From Blastocystis sp. Blastoise (lineage: Eukaryota; Protista; Bigyra: Opalinata), in NCBI GenBank assembly GCA_039096225.1, contig JBBPEB010000018.1, positions 1 to 64,000 on the forward strand: a DNA stretch of 64,000 nt, read 5' to 3'. The position numbers were made by a program, and so were the translations under genes. The notes under the pieces are model-generated. The model was not told the origin of the DNA. It searched no databases and saw only the letters and a program-made list of their open reading frames with translations. Shown piece by piece: positions 1 through 13,500 of this stretch; position 1 is the first letter of the stretch, and every line of letters starts with the position of its first letter.

Positions 1-1906
1 TCATATTTATATTATTTATTTATTTATATGTTTTTATTGTATATAGGTTTAATAGTCTTCTTATTCTTTCTTTCTTCTTCCTTCTTCATTTTACTTCTTC
101 CTTCTTCCTTATTCTTCTTTCTTCTTCCTACTTCTTCCTGCTTCATCATTCATCATTCTTCCTTCTTTCTTCTTTCCCATCCTTGATTCTTCCTTCTTCC
201 TTCTTCTTTATCCCTGATTCTTCCTTCTTCCTTATCCTTGATTCTTCCTACTTCCTTCTTCTTCATCCTTAATTCTTCCTTCTTCTTCTTCATACTTCCT
301 TATTCCTCATCCTTCCTACTTCTTCCTCTTCATTTCCTTCTTATTATATATATATATATATATTTAATTATTATTATTACTCTTTAAACTCCCTTTATGC
401 TCTAGAAGGAGAGAAGCAATCATTATAGATTGTTTTCAGGTTCAATTCCTGACATGAAGTCTTATTTTTCTTTTTTTAAATATTTTATTTACATATTATT
501 ATATATATATATATTCTCTTTTTTTAATTTATTTTAATCCAGTTTAATTTATACTTTTCAATTTTGACCTTATATATATATATCTAACTTTTTATAGTTT
601 TTTTAGACTTACTCTTCTCAACAACAGTCACAATGAGAACAAATCCATTTTAACTGAAACAACTAAGTCATCTCAAAACTGTTTGAATCAATCAGTATAG
701 ACGTGTATGACATAATTTATGTATTTAAACTCAATTTTAATAATTAAAAGTAAACAAACCAAACACACATGTTGACTTTAAAACTTTAAACTCAGTGTTA
801 AATGGTTAGTTATAAAGAGTAGACACAAAACATTGATTTATACTAAAAGGAATGAAAACAATCAACTCTTGATACAACTTTACCATTTGACAAAACACTC
901 ATCCACAATATTTTTCAAAGTTCTTTTAGTGAAGTGTTTATATAGACATATAATGTATAAAATGAAAGTCAACTCTTTGAATCTCTTATTTTAGGACAGT
1001 CTTTAAAACATTTTGACAAATAGAGAACATTTAACTTGTTATTTAAAGCTAATATTTTAAGAGTAGACTTGACTTGAATGAATAAAAACAACAGCTAACA
1101 CTTTAAACATTTTAAGACATACTTTACATTTTGCCGATACACTTTGACCTTCATAATTTTGACTCTCCTTTTAATATAGTATGGAGTATTATCTCTAGTT
1201 TATTAAATAAAAGTCATTATATTGAATCTCTCACTCTAAGACCACTTAATTCACATTTTTCAAAATTGTCACTTTTAAACTCGTTATTTTAAGACTTTGT
1301 TTCTACTATAGTAGTTTGAGGACCTATTGATTACTATGATACAATATTAGTCAATTATAAGAAGATCGAAGAAAATATCGATCACTCAAAAATCGTCCTC
1401 AGGAGCTCAAAATCGCTACACCTAGGTTTTTTGACCTCCTGAATCAGAATATCATGTCAAATTGACAATCTAAATTTGACCGTTAAGGCCTCACGTGTTC
1501 AATATGAAAAAGTCTTTAAAAATAGATAAATATAAAGAATAAACACGGATAACGTATATTGTGGGATTGAGAAAAAATCAAGTTTACCCCATGTTTATTT
1601 TCCAATTGTCTGGTCAACAATTTTTATCGGGGTCATCCCAAAGAGCCAATCAAAAACGACTCAAAAATCATATTTTCTGTTCTTTTATTAATAACTGTTT
1701 AATTATAAATAATATCGCTTAACCAAATATATGTTGCAAAACTACACGTTATATCCTATTGAACTGTGTTTTAACCAAATCTTAACTCCCCGTAAGTTTA
1801 GAGGAGTTGAGGCTACAAACTCTAGTATATAGTAGCCAATCAAATGCATTTTCCAAAAACTGACCAATGGGAATTTTTTTGCCTATTCTCATATATATAG
1901 TAATGA
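1..1906 (-). mobile_element. Helitron family A copy (5' end at 1906, runs off the window start); internally shorter than the 4454 copy
   Basis: Minus strand begins A|TCATTACTATATATATGAGAATAGGC, the same 5' end as the copies at 4454, 4813, 57939 and 61710. It interrupts the 4454 copy inside its AATAAAT repeat. Confidence 0.85.
393..460 (+). ncRNA. tRNA-like cloverleaf, mascRNA-type geometry (version A1)
   Basis: CTTTATG / CTCT-AGAAGG-AGAG / AAGCAATC-ATTATA-GATTGTTT / TCAGG-TTCAATT-CCTGA / CATGAAG-T. Four contiguous stems, GG in the D-loop, canonical T-loop/B box. Confidence 0.65.
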
Positions 1907-1973
1907 TTTATGTTTTTTATTTATTTATTATATTTATTATATTTATTATATTTATTATATTTATTTATTTATT

Positions 1974-2004
<31 letters not shown>

Positions 2005-2388
2005 TTTTATGTTATCTTTTTATATTTTTTCTATTGTATATAGGTTTAATAGTCTTCTTGTTCCTTTTTCTTCTTTCTTCCTTCTTTCTACTTCATTTTA
2101 CTTCTTCCTTATCCTTCCTACTACCTTCTTCCTCATTCTTCATTCTTCATTCTTCATTCTTCATTCTTCCTTCCTACTTCCTACTTCCTCATCCGTCATT
2201 CTTCCTTCTTCCTTCTTCTTCCTTCTTCTTCCTACTTCCTCATCCTTCTTTCTTCATCCTACTTCTTCCTTCTTCCTTCTTCTTCCTTCATCCTTCTTCC
2301 TACTTCTTCCTTCTTCCTTCATCCTTCATCCTTCCTTCTTCTTTCTTCCTACTTCCTACTTCCACATTCTTCCTACTTCCTTCATTCC

Positions 2389-2426
<38 letters not shown>

Positions 2427-4454
2427 ATTATTATTATTACTCTTTAAACTCCCTTTATGCTCTGGAAGGAGAGAAGCAATCATTATAGATTGTTTTCAGG
2501 TTCAATTCCTGACATGAAGTCTTATTTTTCTTTTTTTAAATATTTTATTTATATATTATTATATATATATATTCTCTTTTTTAAATTTATTTTAATCCAG
2601 TTTAATTTATACTTTTCAATTTTGACCTTATATATATATATATCTAACTTTTTATAGTTTTTTTAGACTTACTCTTCTCAACAACAGTCACAATGAGAAC
2701 AAATCCATTTTAACTGAAACAACTAAGTAATCTCAAAACTGTTTGAATCAATCAGTATAGACGTGTATGACATAATTTATGTATTTAAACTCAATTTTAA
2801 TAATTAAAAGTAAACAAACCAAACACACATGTTGACTTTAAAACTTTAAACTCAGTGTTAAATGGTTAGTTTTAAAGAGTAGACACAAAACATTGATTTA
2901 TACTAAAAGGAATGAAAACAATCAACTCTTGATACAACTTTACCATTTGATAAAACACTCATCCACAATATTTTCCAAAGTTCTTTTAGTAAAGTGTTTA
3001 TATAGACATATAATGTATAAAATGAAAGTCAACTTCTTGAATCTCTTATTTTAGGACAGTCTTTAAAACATTTTGACAAATAGACAACCTTTAACTTGCT
3101 ATTTAAAGCTAATATTTTAAGAGTAGACTTGATTTAAACCTATATACACAACTGTCATCATCATAACACTTTTAAAGACACTTTACCATTTGCTCATACA
3201 CTTTGATCAAAACATTTTCGTCCCTTCTTTTAATATAATATAGATCATACACTCTAGTTTAATGAATAAAAGCTCTTATTTTGAATCTCGTCCTCTAAGT
3301 CACTCATTTTTACATTTTTCAAAATTTAAGACCCTTAGAGTTGATATTTTGACTCAATTTTTCTACAATGCACGAAATTCACGATTTTATATAAACTGAA
3401 GTGAAAATAAATTTTAAATAATAGTCACAACACCTCACACATCCACTCTCTAAAAATTATTTTCTTTGTACTTTTGATATGTTGTAGAGCTACTACAGCT
3501 GTATACTAATTAATATCTCTAAATTTTTTATTCACAGTTTAAGACTATGTTTTACACATTCTTTTAAATTTGACAACCTTAAACTATTTATTTAAAGCTA
3601 TTATTCATAGAATAGACTTGATATAAGATTCTATACACATATATAAACCATTTTACTTTTTAAGACACATTTTGTCATTTGGTCATACACTTTGACCTTC
3701 ATAATTTTGACTTTCCTTTTAACATAGAATAGAGTATTATCTCTAGTTTACTAAATAAAAGTCATTATATTGAATCTCTCACTCTAAGACCACTTAATTC
3801 ACACTTTTCAAAATTGTGACACTAAAACTCATTATTTTAAGACTTTGTTTTAGATATAGTAGTTTGATGACCTATTGATTACAATACTACAATATTAGTT
3901 GATTATAAGAAGATCAAAGAAAATATCGATCACTCAAAAATCGTCCTCAGGAGCTCAAAATTGGTACACCTAGGTTTTTCGACCTCCTGAATCAGAATAT
4001 CATGTCAAAATAAGAATCTAAATTTGACCGTTAAGGCCTCACGTGTTCAATATGAAAAAGTATTAAAAAGTAGATAAATATAAAGAATAAACACGGATAA
4101 CGTATATTGTGGGATTGAGAAAAAATCAAGTTTACCCCATGTTTATTTTCCAATTGTCTGGTCAACAATTTTTATCGGGATGATCCCAAAGAGCCAATCA
4201 AAAACGACTCAAAAATCATGTTTTCTGTTTTTTTATTAATAACTTTTTAATTATTAATAATATCGCTTAACCAAATATACGGTGCACAACTACACGTTAT
4301 ATCGTATTGAACTGTGTTTCAGCCAAAAGTTAACTCCCCGTAAGTTTAGAGGAGTTGCGGCGACAAACTATAGTATACATTAGCCAATCAAATGGTTTTT
4401 CCAAAAACTGACCAATGGGAATTTTTTTGCCTATTCTCATATATATAGTAATGA
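1907..4454 (-). mobile_element. Helitron family A / Hel1-type 5' segment, interrupted at 1906 by another A copy
   Basis: 5' A|TC terminus at 4454; near-identical reverse complement of 4813-7362. Confidence 0.88.
2453..2520 (+). ncRNA. tRNA-like cloverleaf (version A1)
   Basis: Same as 393-460 with one D-loop change (GGAAGG). Confidence 0.65.
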
Positions 4455-6746
4455 TCTTATCTTCTTATTCTTCCTTATCTTCTTCTTATTATTATTATTC
4501 TTCCTATTCTTCTTCTTCTTCCTTATCTTCTTCTTATTCTTCCTTATCTTCCTTATCTTCTTCCTTATCTTCCTTATCTTCTTATTCTTTATCCTCTAAT
4601 CCTCTTCTCTTCTGCATTCCTTATTATTATAGATCTCTATATATCTATCTTTGTCATTTTTTATAAATTATTTTTCATTTTTTTTATTAATCTCAATAAT
4701 TAAAGACCCTATCTCATTCACTTGATATTTCTTTCTCTTTTTATTCTTTATTACTTTTTTCCCTATTTCTAGCATCCTTTTTCACTTATACATATATATA
4801 TATCTTTACACATCATTACTATATATATGAGAATAGGCAAAAAAATTCCCATTGGTCAGTTTTTGGAAAAACCATTTGATTGGCTAATGTATACTATAGT
4901 TTGTCGCCGCAACTCCTCTAAACTTACGGGGAGTTAACTTTTGGCTGAAACACAGTTCAATACGATATAACGTGTAGTTGTGCACCGTATATTTGGTTAA
5001 GCGATATTATTAATAATTAAAAAGTTATTAATAAAAAAACAGAAAACATGATTTTTGAGTCGTTTTTGATTGGCTCTTTGGGATCATCCCGATAAAAATT
5101 GTTGACCAGACAATTGGAAAATAAACATGGGGTAAACTTGATTTTTTCTCAATCCCACAATATACGTTATCCGTGTTTATTCTTTATATTTATCTACTTT
5201 TTAATACTTTTTCATATTGAACACGTGAGGCCTTAACGGTCAAATTTAGATTCTTATTTTGACATGATATTCTGATTCAGGAGGTCGAAAAACCTAGGTG
5301 TACCAATTTTGAGCTCCTGAGGACGATTTTTGAGTGATCGATATTTTCTTTGATCTTCTTATAATCAACTAATATTGTAGTATTGTAATCAATAGGTCAT
5401 CAAACTACTATATCTAAAACAAAGTCTTAAAATAATGAGTTTTAGTGTCACAATTTTGAAAAGTGTGAATTAAGTGGTCTTAGAGTGAGAGATTCAATAT
5501 AATGACTTTTATTTAGTAAACTAGAGATAATACTCTATTCTATGTTAAAAGGAAAGTCAAAATTATGAAGGTCAAAGTGTATGACCAAATGACAAAATGT
5601 GTCTTAAAAAGTAAAATGGTTTATATATGTGTATAGAATCTTATATCAAGTCTATTCTATGAATAATAGCTTTAAATAAATAGTTTAAGGTTGTCAAATT
5701 TAAAAGAATGTGTAAAACATAGTCTTAAACTGTGAATAAAAAATTTAGAGATATTAATTAGTATACAGCTGTAGTAGCTCTACAACATATCAAAAGTACA
5801 AAGAAAATAATTTTTAGAGAGTGGATGTGTGAGGTGTTGTGACTATTATTTAAAATTTATTTTCACTTCAGTTTATATAAAATCGTGAATTTCGTGCATT
5901 GTAGAAAAATTGAGTCAAAATATCAACTCTAAGGGTCTTAAATTTTGAAAAATGTAAAAATGAGTGACTTAGAGGACGAGATTCAAAATAAGAGCTTTTA
6001 TTCATTAAACTAGAGTGTATGATCTATATTATATTAAAAGAAGGGACGAAAATGTTTTGATCAAAGTGTATGAGCAAATGGTAAAGTGTCTTTAAAAGTG
6101 TTATGATGATGACAGTTGTGTATATAGGTTTAAATCAAGTCTACTCTTAAAATATTAGCTTTAAATAGCAAGTTAAAGGTTGTCTATTTGTCAAAATGTT
6201 TTAAAGACTGTCCTAAAATAAGAGATTCAAGAAGTTGACTTTCATTTTATACATTATATGTCTATATAAACACTTTACTAAAAGAACTTTGGAAAATATT
6301 GTGGATGAGTGTTTTATCAAATGGTAAAGTTGTATCAAGAGTTGATTGTTTTCATTCCTTTTAGTATAAATCAATGTTTTGTGTCTACTCTTTAAAACTA
6401 ACCATTTAACACTGAGTTTAAAGTTTTAAAGTCAACATGTGTGTTTGGTTTGTTTACTTTTAATTATTAAAATTGAGTTTAAATACATAAATTATGTCAT
6501 ACACGTCTATACTGATTGATTCAAACAGTTTTGAGATTACTTAGTTGTTTCAGTTAAAATGGATTTGTTCTCATTGTGACTGTTGTTGAGAAGAGTAAGT
6601 CTAAAAAAACTATAAAAAGTTAGATATATATATATATAAGGTCAAAATTGAAAAGTATAAATTAAACTGGATTAAAATAAATTTAAAAAAGAGAATATAT
6701 ATATATAATAATATATAAATAAAATATTTAAAAAAAGAAAAATAAG

Positions 6747-6814
6747 ACTTCATGTCAGGAATTGAACCTGAAAACAATCTATAATGATTGCTTCTCTCCT
6801 TCCAGAGCATAAAG
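6747..6814 (-). ncRNA. tRNA-like cloverleaf (version A1), antisense within Hel1
   Basis: Reverse complement of 2453-2520. Confidence 0.65.
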
Positions 6815-6840
6815 GGAGTTTAAAGAGTAATAATAATAAT

Positions 6841-6880
<40 letters not shown>

Positions 6881-7264
6881 GGAATGAAGGAAGTAGGAAG
6901 AATGTGGAAGTAGGAAGTAGGAAGAAAGAAGAAGGAAGGATGAAGGATGAAGGAAGAAGGAAGAAGTAGGAAGAAGGATGAAGGAAGAAGAAGGAAGAAG
7001 GAAGAAGTAGGATGAAGAAAGAAGGATGAGGAAGTAGGAAGAAGAAGGAAGAAGAAGGAAGAAGGAAGAATGACGGATGAGGAAGTAGGAAGTAGGAAGG
7101 AAGAATGAAGAATGAAGAATGAAGAATGAAGAATGAGGAAGAAGGTAGTAGGAAGGATAAGGAAGAAGTAAAATGAAGTAGAAAGAAGGAAGAAAGAAGA
7201 AAAAGGAACAAGAAGACTATTAAACCTATATACAATAGAAAAAATATAAAAAGATAACATAAAA

Positions 7265-7295
<31 letters not shown>

Positions 7296-7499
7296 AATAA
7301 ATAAATAAATATAATAAATATAATAAATATAATAAATATAATAAATAAATAAAAAACATAAATAAATAAATAAATAAATAAATATAATAAATAAATAAAT
7401 ATAATAAATAAATAAATAAATATAATAAATAAATATATATAAATATAATAAATATAATAAATAAATAAATAAATATAATAAATAAATAAATAAATATAA

Positions 7500-7530
<31 letters not shown>

Positions 7531-8010
7531 AAAACATAAATAATAAATAATAAAAATGAAAACAATAAATAAAATATAAATATATACCTAATAGAATAAT
7601 CTGAAACCACAGACTAAGAAGAACGACATGAAAAAACGAAGACCACAACACATCAACAACATTTTCTTTCCTATAGAATAAAAATAATTAAAAACAATTT
7701 AATAGATGATATAAAAAGACAAAATAAATAATATAGATAATAAAATTAAATAATAACAAAAAGTAATTAGTAAAAAATAAACAGATGTTAAGAAATAAAT
7801 AATATATTTATATACCTGATAATAAGTAACCCATTTCACACAACCAGGACCACTTTAAGAACCACTCACCACCACAACCAAGACAAATACAAGAGAATCC
7901 TATAAAAAAGTGTATTATTATAAATAAATAAATTAATATATACAAATAAATATAAAAATAATAACTAAATAACATCAAATTAATTAATAAAACATACCCA
8001 GACAATCAAT
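6815..8010 (-). other. Putative spliced antisense transcript (non-coding or small peptide) leading into the cloverleaf
   Basis: G/T-rich exon-like blocks at about 7899-7816 and 7670-7588, each bounded by TAG| and |GTAT; a final acceptor near 7225 precedes a CT-rich tract. Confidence 0.4.
6880..7560. repeat. GA-rich low-complexity tract followed by an (AAAT/AATAT)n tract; mirrored at 60-350, 1907-2390 and 63770-64000
   Basis: Direct reading; explains the spurious F/L/S/Y-rich ORFs in the ORF track. Confidence 0.9.
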
Positions 8011-8255
8011 ACAAACAAATATTTAAAAAATGTAAAAAACTATAGTTTTTGGGTACCCAAAATGTTTTTAATAAAAAATGTCCCTATTATCAGCTTAGCA
8101 TAAGATAATAATAAAAATTCGAGGTTATTTATGATTCCTATTAATTTTTAAATATGCATATTTTAAATATTGTCCCTATTTTACAAAAGTTCAAATATGA
8201 ATATGTTTTTGTTTTCTACATAAAAATACTTATTTTTATTAAATTATTAAATAAG

Positions 8256-9614
8256 ATGCCTAGAAAAGGCAGAATGTCATCAAGGCGGAGGTCCTTGAAT
8301 CAAAAAAAATACGTTTCTCAAAGACGGTCCAGTATGTATTGTATTTATTTTTTTTTTATTATTCATATATAGGTTCTTCTACTCAACAGGATGCAAGTAT
8401 GGATGTCATTGATGGTGATGGTGCTTATCAATATGGTCTTGAAGGTATATATTTATACATTTCTTTTTGTTTTATTATTTTATATTATCTTAGACTCTTC
8501 TCTGTCCTTGGTGTCCTTTACTGATGATGGTATAATGTTTTCAAGTGGTCTTGAAGGTATGTTGTCAATCATTTGTTTTTATTTTTATATTTTTATTTAT
8601 CTATAGGTTCTTCTGTTGTTGTGGACTCTGTTGCTGGAGCTATTGATGATGATATACACTCCACTAATGGTCTTGAAGGTATGTTGTCAATCATTTATTT
8701 TATTTTTTTTTTATTTTTATTTATCTATAGGTTCTTATACTCATGATGATGTTGTTGCTGATGCTACTGATGGTGATGCTAACTCTTCTCATGGTCTTCA
8801 AGGTATGTAATCATTTATTTATTTATTTATTTTTAATTATTTCTTTTATTTCCTATTTATATGTTATTATAGGTTCTTCTGTTGCTATGAATGTTGGTGC
8901 TGATCTTAATCATAAAGAAGGTATATATAATATATTTTCTTTTTCTTCTTTTTGATTTACTTTTATTTTATAAATATATATAGGTCCTTCTGTTCTGATA
9001 GTGTCTTCTGTTCATGGTACTGTATCTGATGGTGATCATCCTTCTAATGCTAAAGGTATATAGATATATCATATATATATATTTTTTATTATTCTTTTAA
9101 TTCTTTCTTATTTGTTTTTATATAGGTCCTTCAACTCAGTTAGTACATGGTCATTCTTCTATTCCTTCTTCAGAAGGTATATATATATATATATATATAT
9201 ATGTATCTATGTTTATTCTATTTTATGATTCTATATAGGTGTGTCTTTTAATTTGGGATCGTGTGACTCTGTTGTTGGTCTTGATATAGTTACTACTAAT
9301 ATATATAAAGGTATATATATATATATATAATATTATTTATTTATTTATACTTATACTATTGTATATATATATATAGGTGATGGTGTTAATAATTCTTCAG
9401 TCGTTGATGGTGTCAACAATTCTTCAATTATTCAATGTATATTTATACTTATATTATATTCTATACTTATATAGGTTCAAATAAAGTTGTGGGTAAGTAT
9501 TATTTATTATTTTAGTTTCTTTTTCTTTTGTTTTATTATTTTTTTTCTTTCACAGATAATAGCTTTCTGTTGTCTGCTTTCTTTTTATTATCTATTTATA
9601 TATTTATTTACTAA
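8256..9614 (+). CDS. Helitron cargo gene of about 12 phase-1 mini-exons: basic N-terminus (MPRKGRMSSRRRSLNQKK), Ser/Asp/Gly/Val-rich repeats, short hydrophobic C-terminus
   Basis: ATG at 8256; exons 8256-8331, 8373-8444 (72 nt), 8494-8556 (63 nt) and so on splice in frame; related exons end in GLE/GLQ; TAA at 9612-9614. Confidence 0.6.
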
Positions 9615-10140
9615 GCTTAGCTTTAGCTACTTAGTATTTAAATATTTAATAGAATCCTTTCTTTTTTCATTTTTGTTTTGTTATTTTTTTTTTTATTTTA
9701 ATTTTACTTTAATCGTATCGATTAACGGGAAGGTGTCGGATATTAAGATAATTTTTGAATTACTTAATATTAAATAGTGTTGAGTATTTTAATATTTGTA
9801 TTTAATTTAATTAATACAACTATTGATTACCTATATGACTCATACTATTGCTGACTATTGTTCGCTTCTAACTCTATATAGTCTAACCGATGTAATACTA
9901 TCAATGATGAGATATCTAAGTGTTAAGATTCTTCACTTACTCACATTGTATATGATATTAACTGGTAGTTAGCTATATGTTTATAGAATGTTGTAACAAA
10001 GCACAATAGCTATAGATGTCCTCTATGAGGTTGAATCATATAGATTGTTTAATAAATTATACAATATTAATTACCTATACTTATTTAATATTAGTTTTCA
10101 TTAATTATAATATTATCTTTCATTACATTATAGTATTGAA

Positions 10141-10554
10141 GATAATTATTAATTAATAAAGTTTTTACTTTATATTATTTAATATATCATACTATATGTA
10201 TGTATTATTATATTAATAAAGGTTATATACTTTATATTAATAAATATATCATAGTATATCTATGTATTATTATATTAATAAAGGTTATATACTTTATATT
10301 AATAAATATATCATAGTATATCTATGTATTATTATATTAATAAATGTTATACTTTATATTAATTAATATATCATAGTATATTCTATGTATTATTATATTA
10401 ATAAAGGTTATATACTTTATATTAATATATATAATATCATACTATACTTATGTATTATATTATATTAATAAAGGTTATACTTTATATTAATAAATATATC
10501 ATAGTATATCTATGTATTATATTATATTAATAAGAGTTATATACTTTATATTAA
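10141..10554. repeat. Minisatellite of about 57-60 bp units, continued at 16665-16920 after the B insertion
   Basis: Unit TATTAATAAAGGTTATA(TA)CTTTATATTAATAAATATATCATA(G/C)TATATCTATGTATTATTA repeated on both sides of the insertion. Confidence 0.9.
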
Positions 10555-13500
10555 CAAGCGTTTCACGACTGGCTACGCCAGCCTACGCTTGAATCTAAAT
10601 AAACATAAAAAAATAATTTGTAAAAAGACTATCTTTTCATTATATAAAAATTATTTATTTCAAATTTTGTTTTGTTTTATTAATATTATCAATAATGGTT
10701 TCATATTTTATTAATATTATCAATAATTGTTTCATAAAAAGAAAATTAAAAAATAAAAATTAACTATATATAAAATAAAGATTACATTCTATTTCATTAG
10801 TAAATATATTTAAATACTTAAAAAACTATAGTATTGTTTATAAAATAGAGTTTACACAACAAATAAGTTATTATAAAAAAACTCTAAAAAACTATAACAT
10901 TTTGAAATACATATACTCACTTTTATTAAAACGAATTTTGTGCTAATATACATATATATTTGATTTATTATTTTTATTTATAAAGAATAACTTGAATTTC
11001 ATTTATTTAAAGTCACAATTACAAAAAAATGAGTTCTTTTGAAAGACAAAAAACATTCTTTAAACAATAATAGTTTTGTATTTAGTGACATAAAAACGTA
11101 TTATACGGTTTTAGAAGCAATTAAAATCATTTTACCCATTTTAACATTCCCTATCAAACAGTCAACCATGTTTAATTAAATTAATTTTTAATATTTTATG
11201 TTCTATAATAAGTCTATTTATTATTTTAATAAAAGGTAACTTGAATCTCTTGACTTAACTATTGTAATTCTAAAAAAATAATTTTTTGAACAACTTAAAT
11301 TATTTATTTATTATAGATTTTAATATAAAACAATTTAAAAACACTCTATACATACTTATTACAACCATTTTAGAAAAATAGACTCATTTTAACATTTTGG
11401 TCAAACACACAACCACCTTTATTTCAAACAATTCTTTTATTATTATAAACATTAAACACTCTAATACTCATTTTTACAGAAAGTGTATTGAATCTCTTCA
11501 CTTAAGACAGTCAAACAGACAATTCAAAATTATTTTACCCTTTAAACTCATTATAAAGTGATAATATTTATAGAATTGCTTTGATATGTGATTTAGGACA
11601 TATTGAACTACTTTTTACAAAATTATGAGTCAACATTTCCAGTTTGTCATTCACTCGTCTAACCCAATTTTGACCATTTTTTTGAGAAATGCAATACATA
11701 TAAGGTCTAATTTACAAAAATGTAAAAATTAATTGTCAAATATGAATTTGATTTGTCAAGTTTTGGAAAATTTTTAGAAAAATGATTTTTCAATTTTCAG
11801 TTTTTTAACATGTTATACTATTGACTCTACTGAACTCATTTTTTTATTAATTTCAAATATTAAAACTTATATTATTAATATGTTTTATTCTCTATATTTA
11901 TTTGTTATAATTATATAAAATAATTAAATATTGACTGAGAAATTAATGTTATAAAGTATACCCTTTTTTCAAAAAATGATTTTTTTATATTTTGCATATA
12001 TAATTTTTTATCTCAAAAGTTATTTTATATTTAGATAATATTTTTATAAATATATAAACTATAGGTTGTCTAGTTTATAAATAAGTTTTATTTATTTTTT
12101 AAAAATTAATATTGATGGAGAAATTATCAAAATAAACTATAGTATCAAAAATGCTTTCTTCTTTTTAAACGACTTATTTCACTAATTAAAGATTTTTAAA
12201 AACTAATTTTCTTATTTAAAGCTTATTTATGACATTTCCAAATCATAAAGACTGACAACTGACTTTTTAAAACAAACATTGTCAGTATCAGTTCAACATG
12301 TTGTCTTAACTTTTGTAAATAAGTCACATACAGTGTCTATGAGTGATTCTAAACACTAATCTAAACGTTTTAAGAGTTTATTGAGTTAACATTGTCTGGT
12401 GATCTGTTGTCAAAGTCTTTTAAAAACAAAATAAAATAATAAAATATGTTTATTTTGGTATTTAGTGATTCAATATAGAGTCAAATATCAAATATATTTA
12501 TAAATGATGAAATTATTGACAACAAACAAATGAAAAAATTTTAACAAAATTTTCGAACGTCATTTTTTTATTGAGTTTAACTCTTGTCTCCTGTGACTTC
12601 ATTTTTTAATATTTTGAAAAAATGGCAAAAACGGATGACATTTAGGTCGTCCTATATCTAAATAAGCTTTAACCTTTTTATTTTATAAAATATTGACTGA
12701 GAACTGATGATAACAAAATATACCATTTTTAGAAAATTCTCATTTTTATGTTTTTCATATAAATTAACATATCTCGGTCAATATTAAATATTAAACAAAA
12801 ATATAAAAAATGGATGACATTTGGGTTGTCTTGTTTACACATATGTTTTTATTTTTATTATATGTTGAATATTGACTGAGATCTGATGATAACAAAATTG
12901 GTTATCAAAGATGAAAAATTTTTATAAACAAATATTTCTCTTTTAAAACATATTATTAAAATATAAAACATATTTATGACGGATATAGAGTTAAATAAAT
13001 ACATTAAAGCTCAAATAAGTTTATTAAGAAGGAATGTGTTGGATATCAGTTTGTCTTTTGTCGTTATTTAAAAGATTTATTGTTGTTTCAGAGTAGTTAA
13101 GGTCATTGTCATGACAACTGAAACCACTTTAGAGTTTATAGTTAGTAATGTGTGTATTGATATGTTGTCAAGTTCTTAATATAAACAAATTTACCCGTCA
13201 AAACTATTTATTAGACTAACCCGTCAATAAAAGTTAATTTTATAAAAATAAATATAGAGTATGTTAATAGATATAGGAAAAATAAGAAAACAATAAAAAA
13301 TGAAAAACGAAAAATAAGTGTTTTTATAAAAATGAATAACATCATTACTATTATAAAGCAAATAGGCAAAAAAATTCCCATTGGTCAGTTTTTGGAAAAT
13401 GCATTTGATTGGCTACTATATACTATAGTTTGTCGCCGCAACTCCTCTAAACTTACGGGGAGTTAACTTTTGAGTGAAACACAGTTCAATAGGATATAAC

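Noticed and set aside
6815-7225. MALAT1-type ENE triple helix upstream of the cloverleaf
   Set aside because: No A-rich tract next to the cloverleaf and no paired U-rich internal loop was seen.
1910-7651. F/L/S/Y/I-rich ORFs in the ORF track (also 15781-16362, 43182-43466, 60380-60631, 63737-63973)
   Set aside because: They are translations of microsatellite or low-complexity tracts that lack stops by composition.
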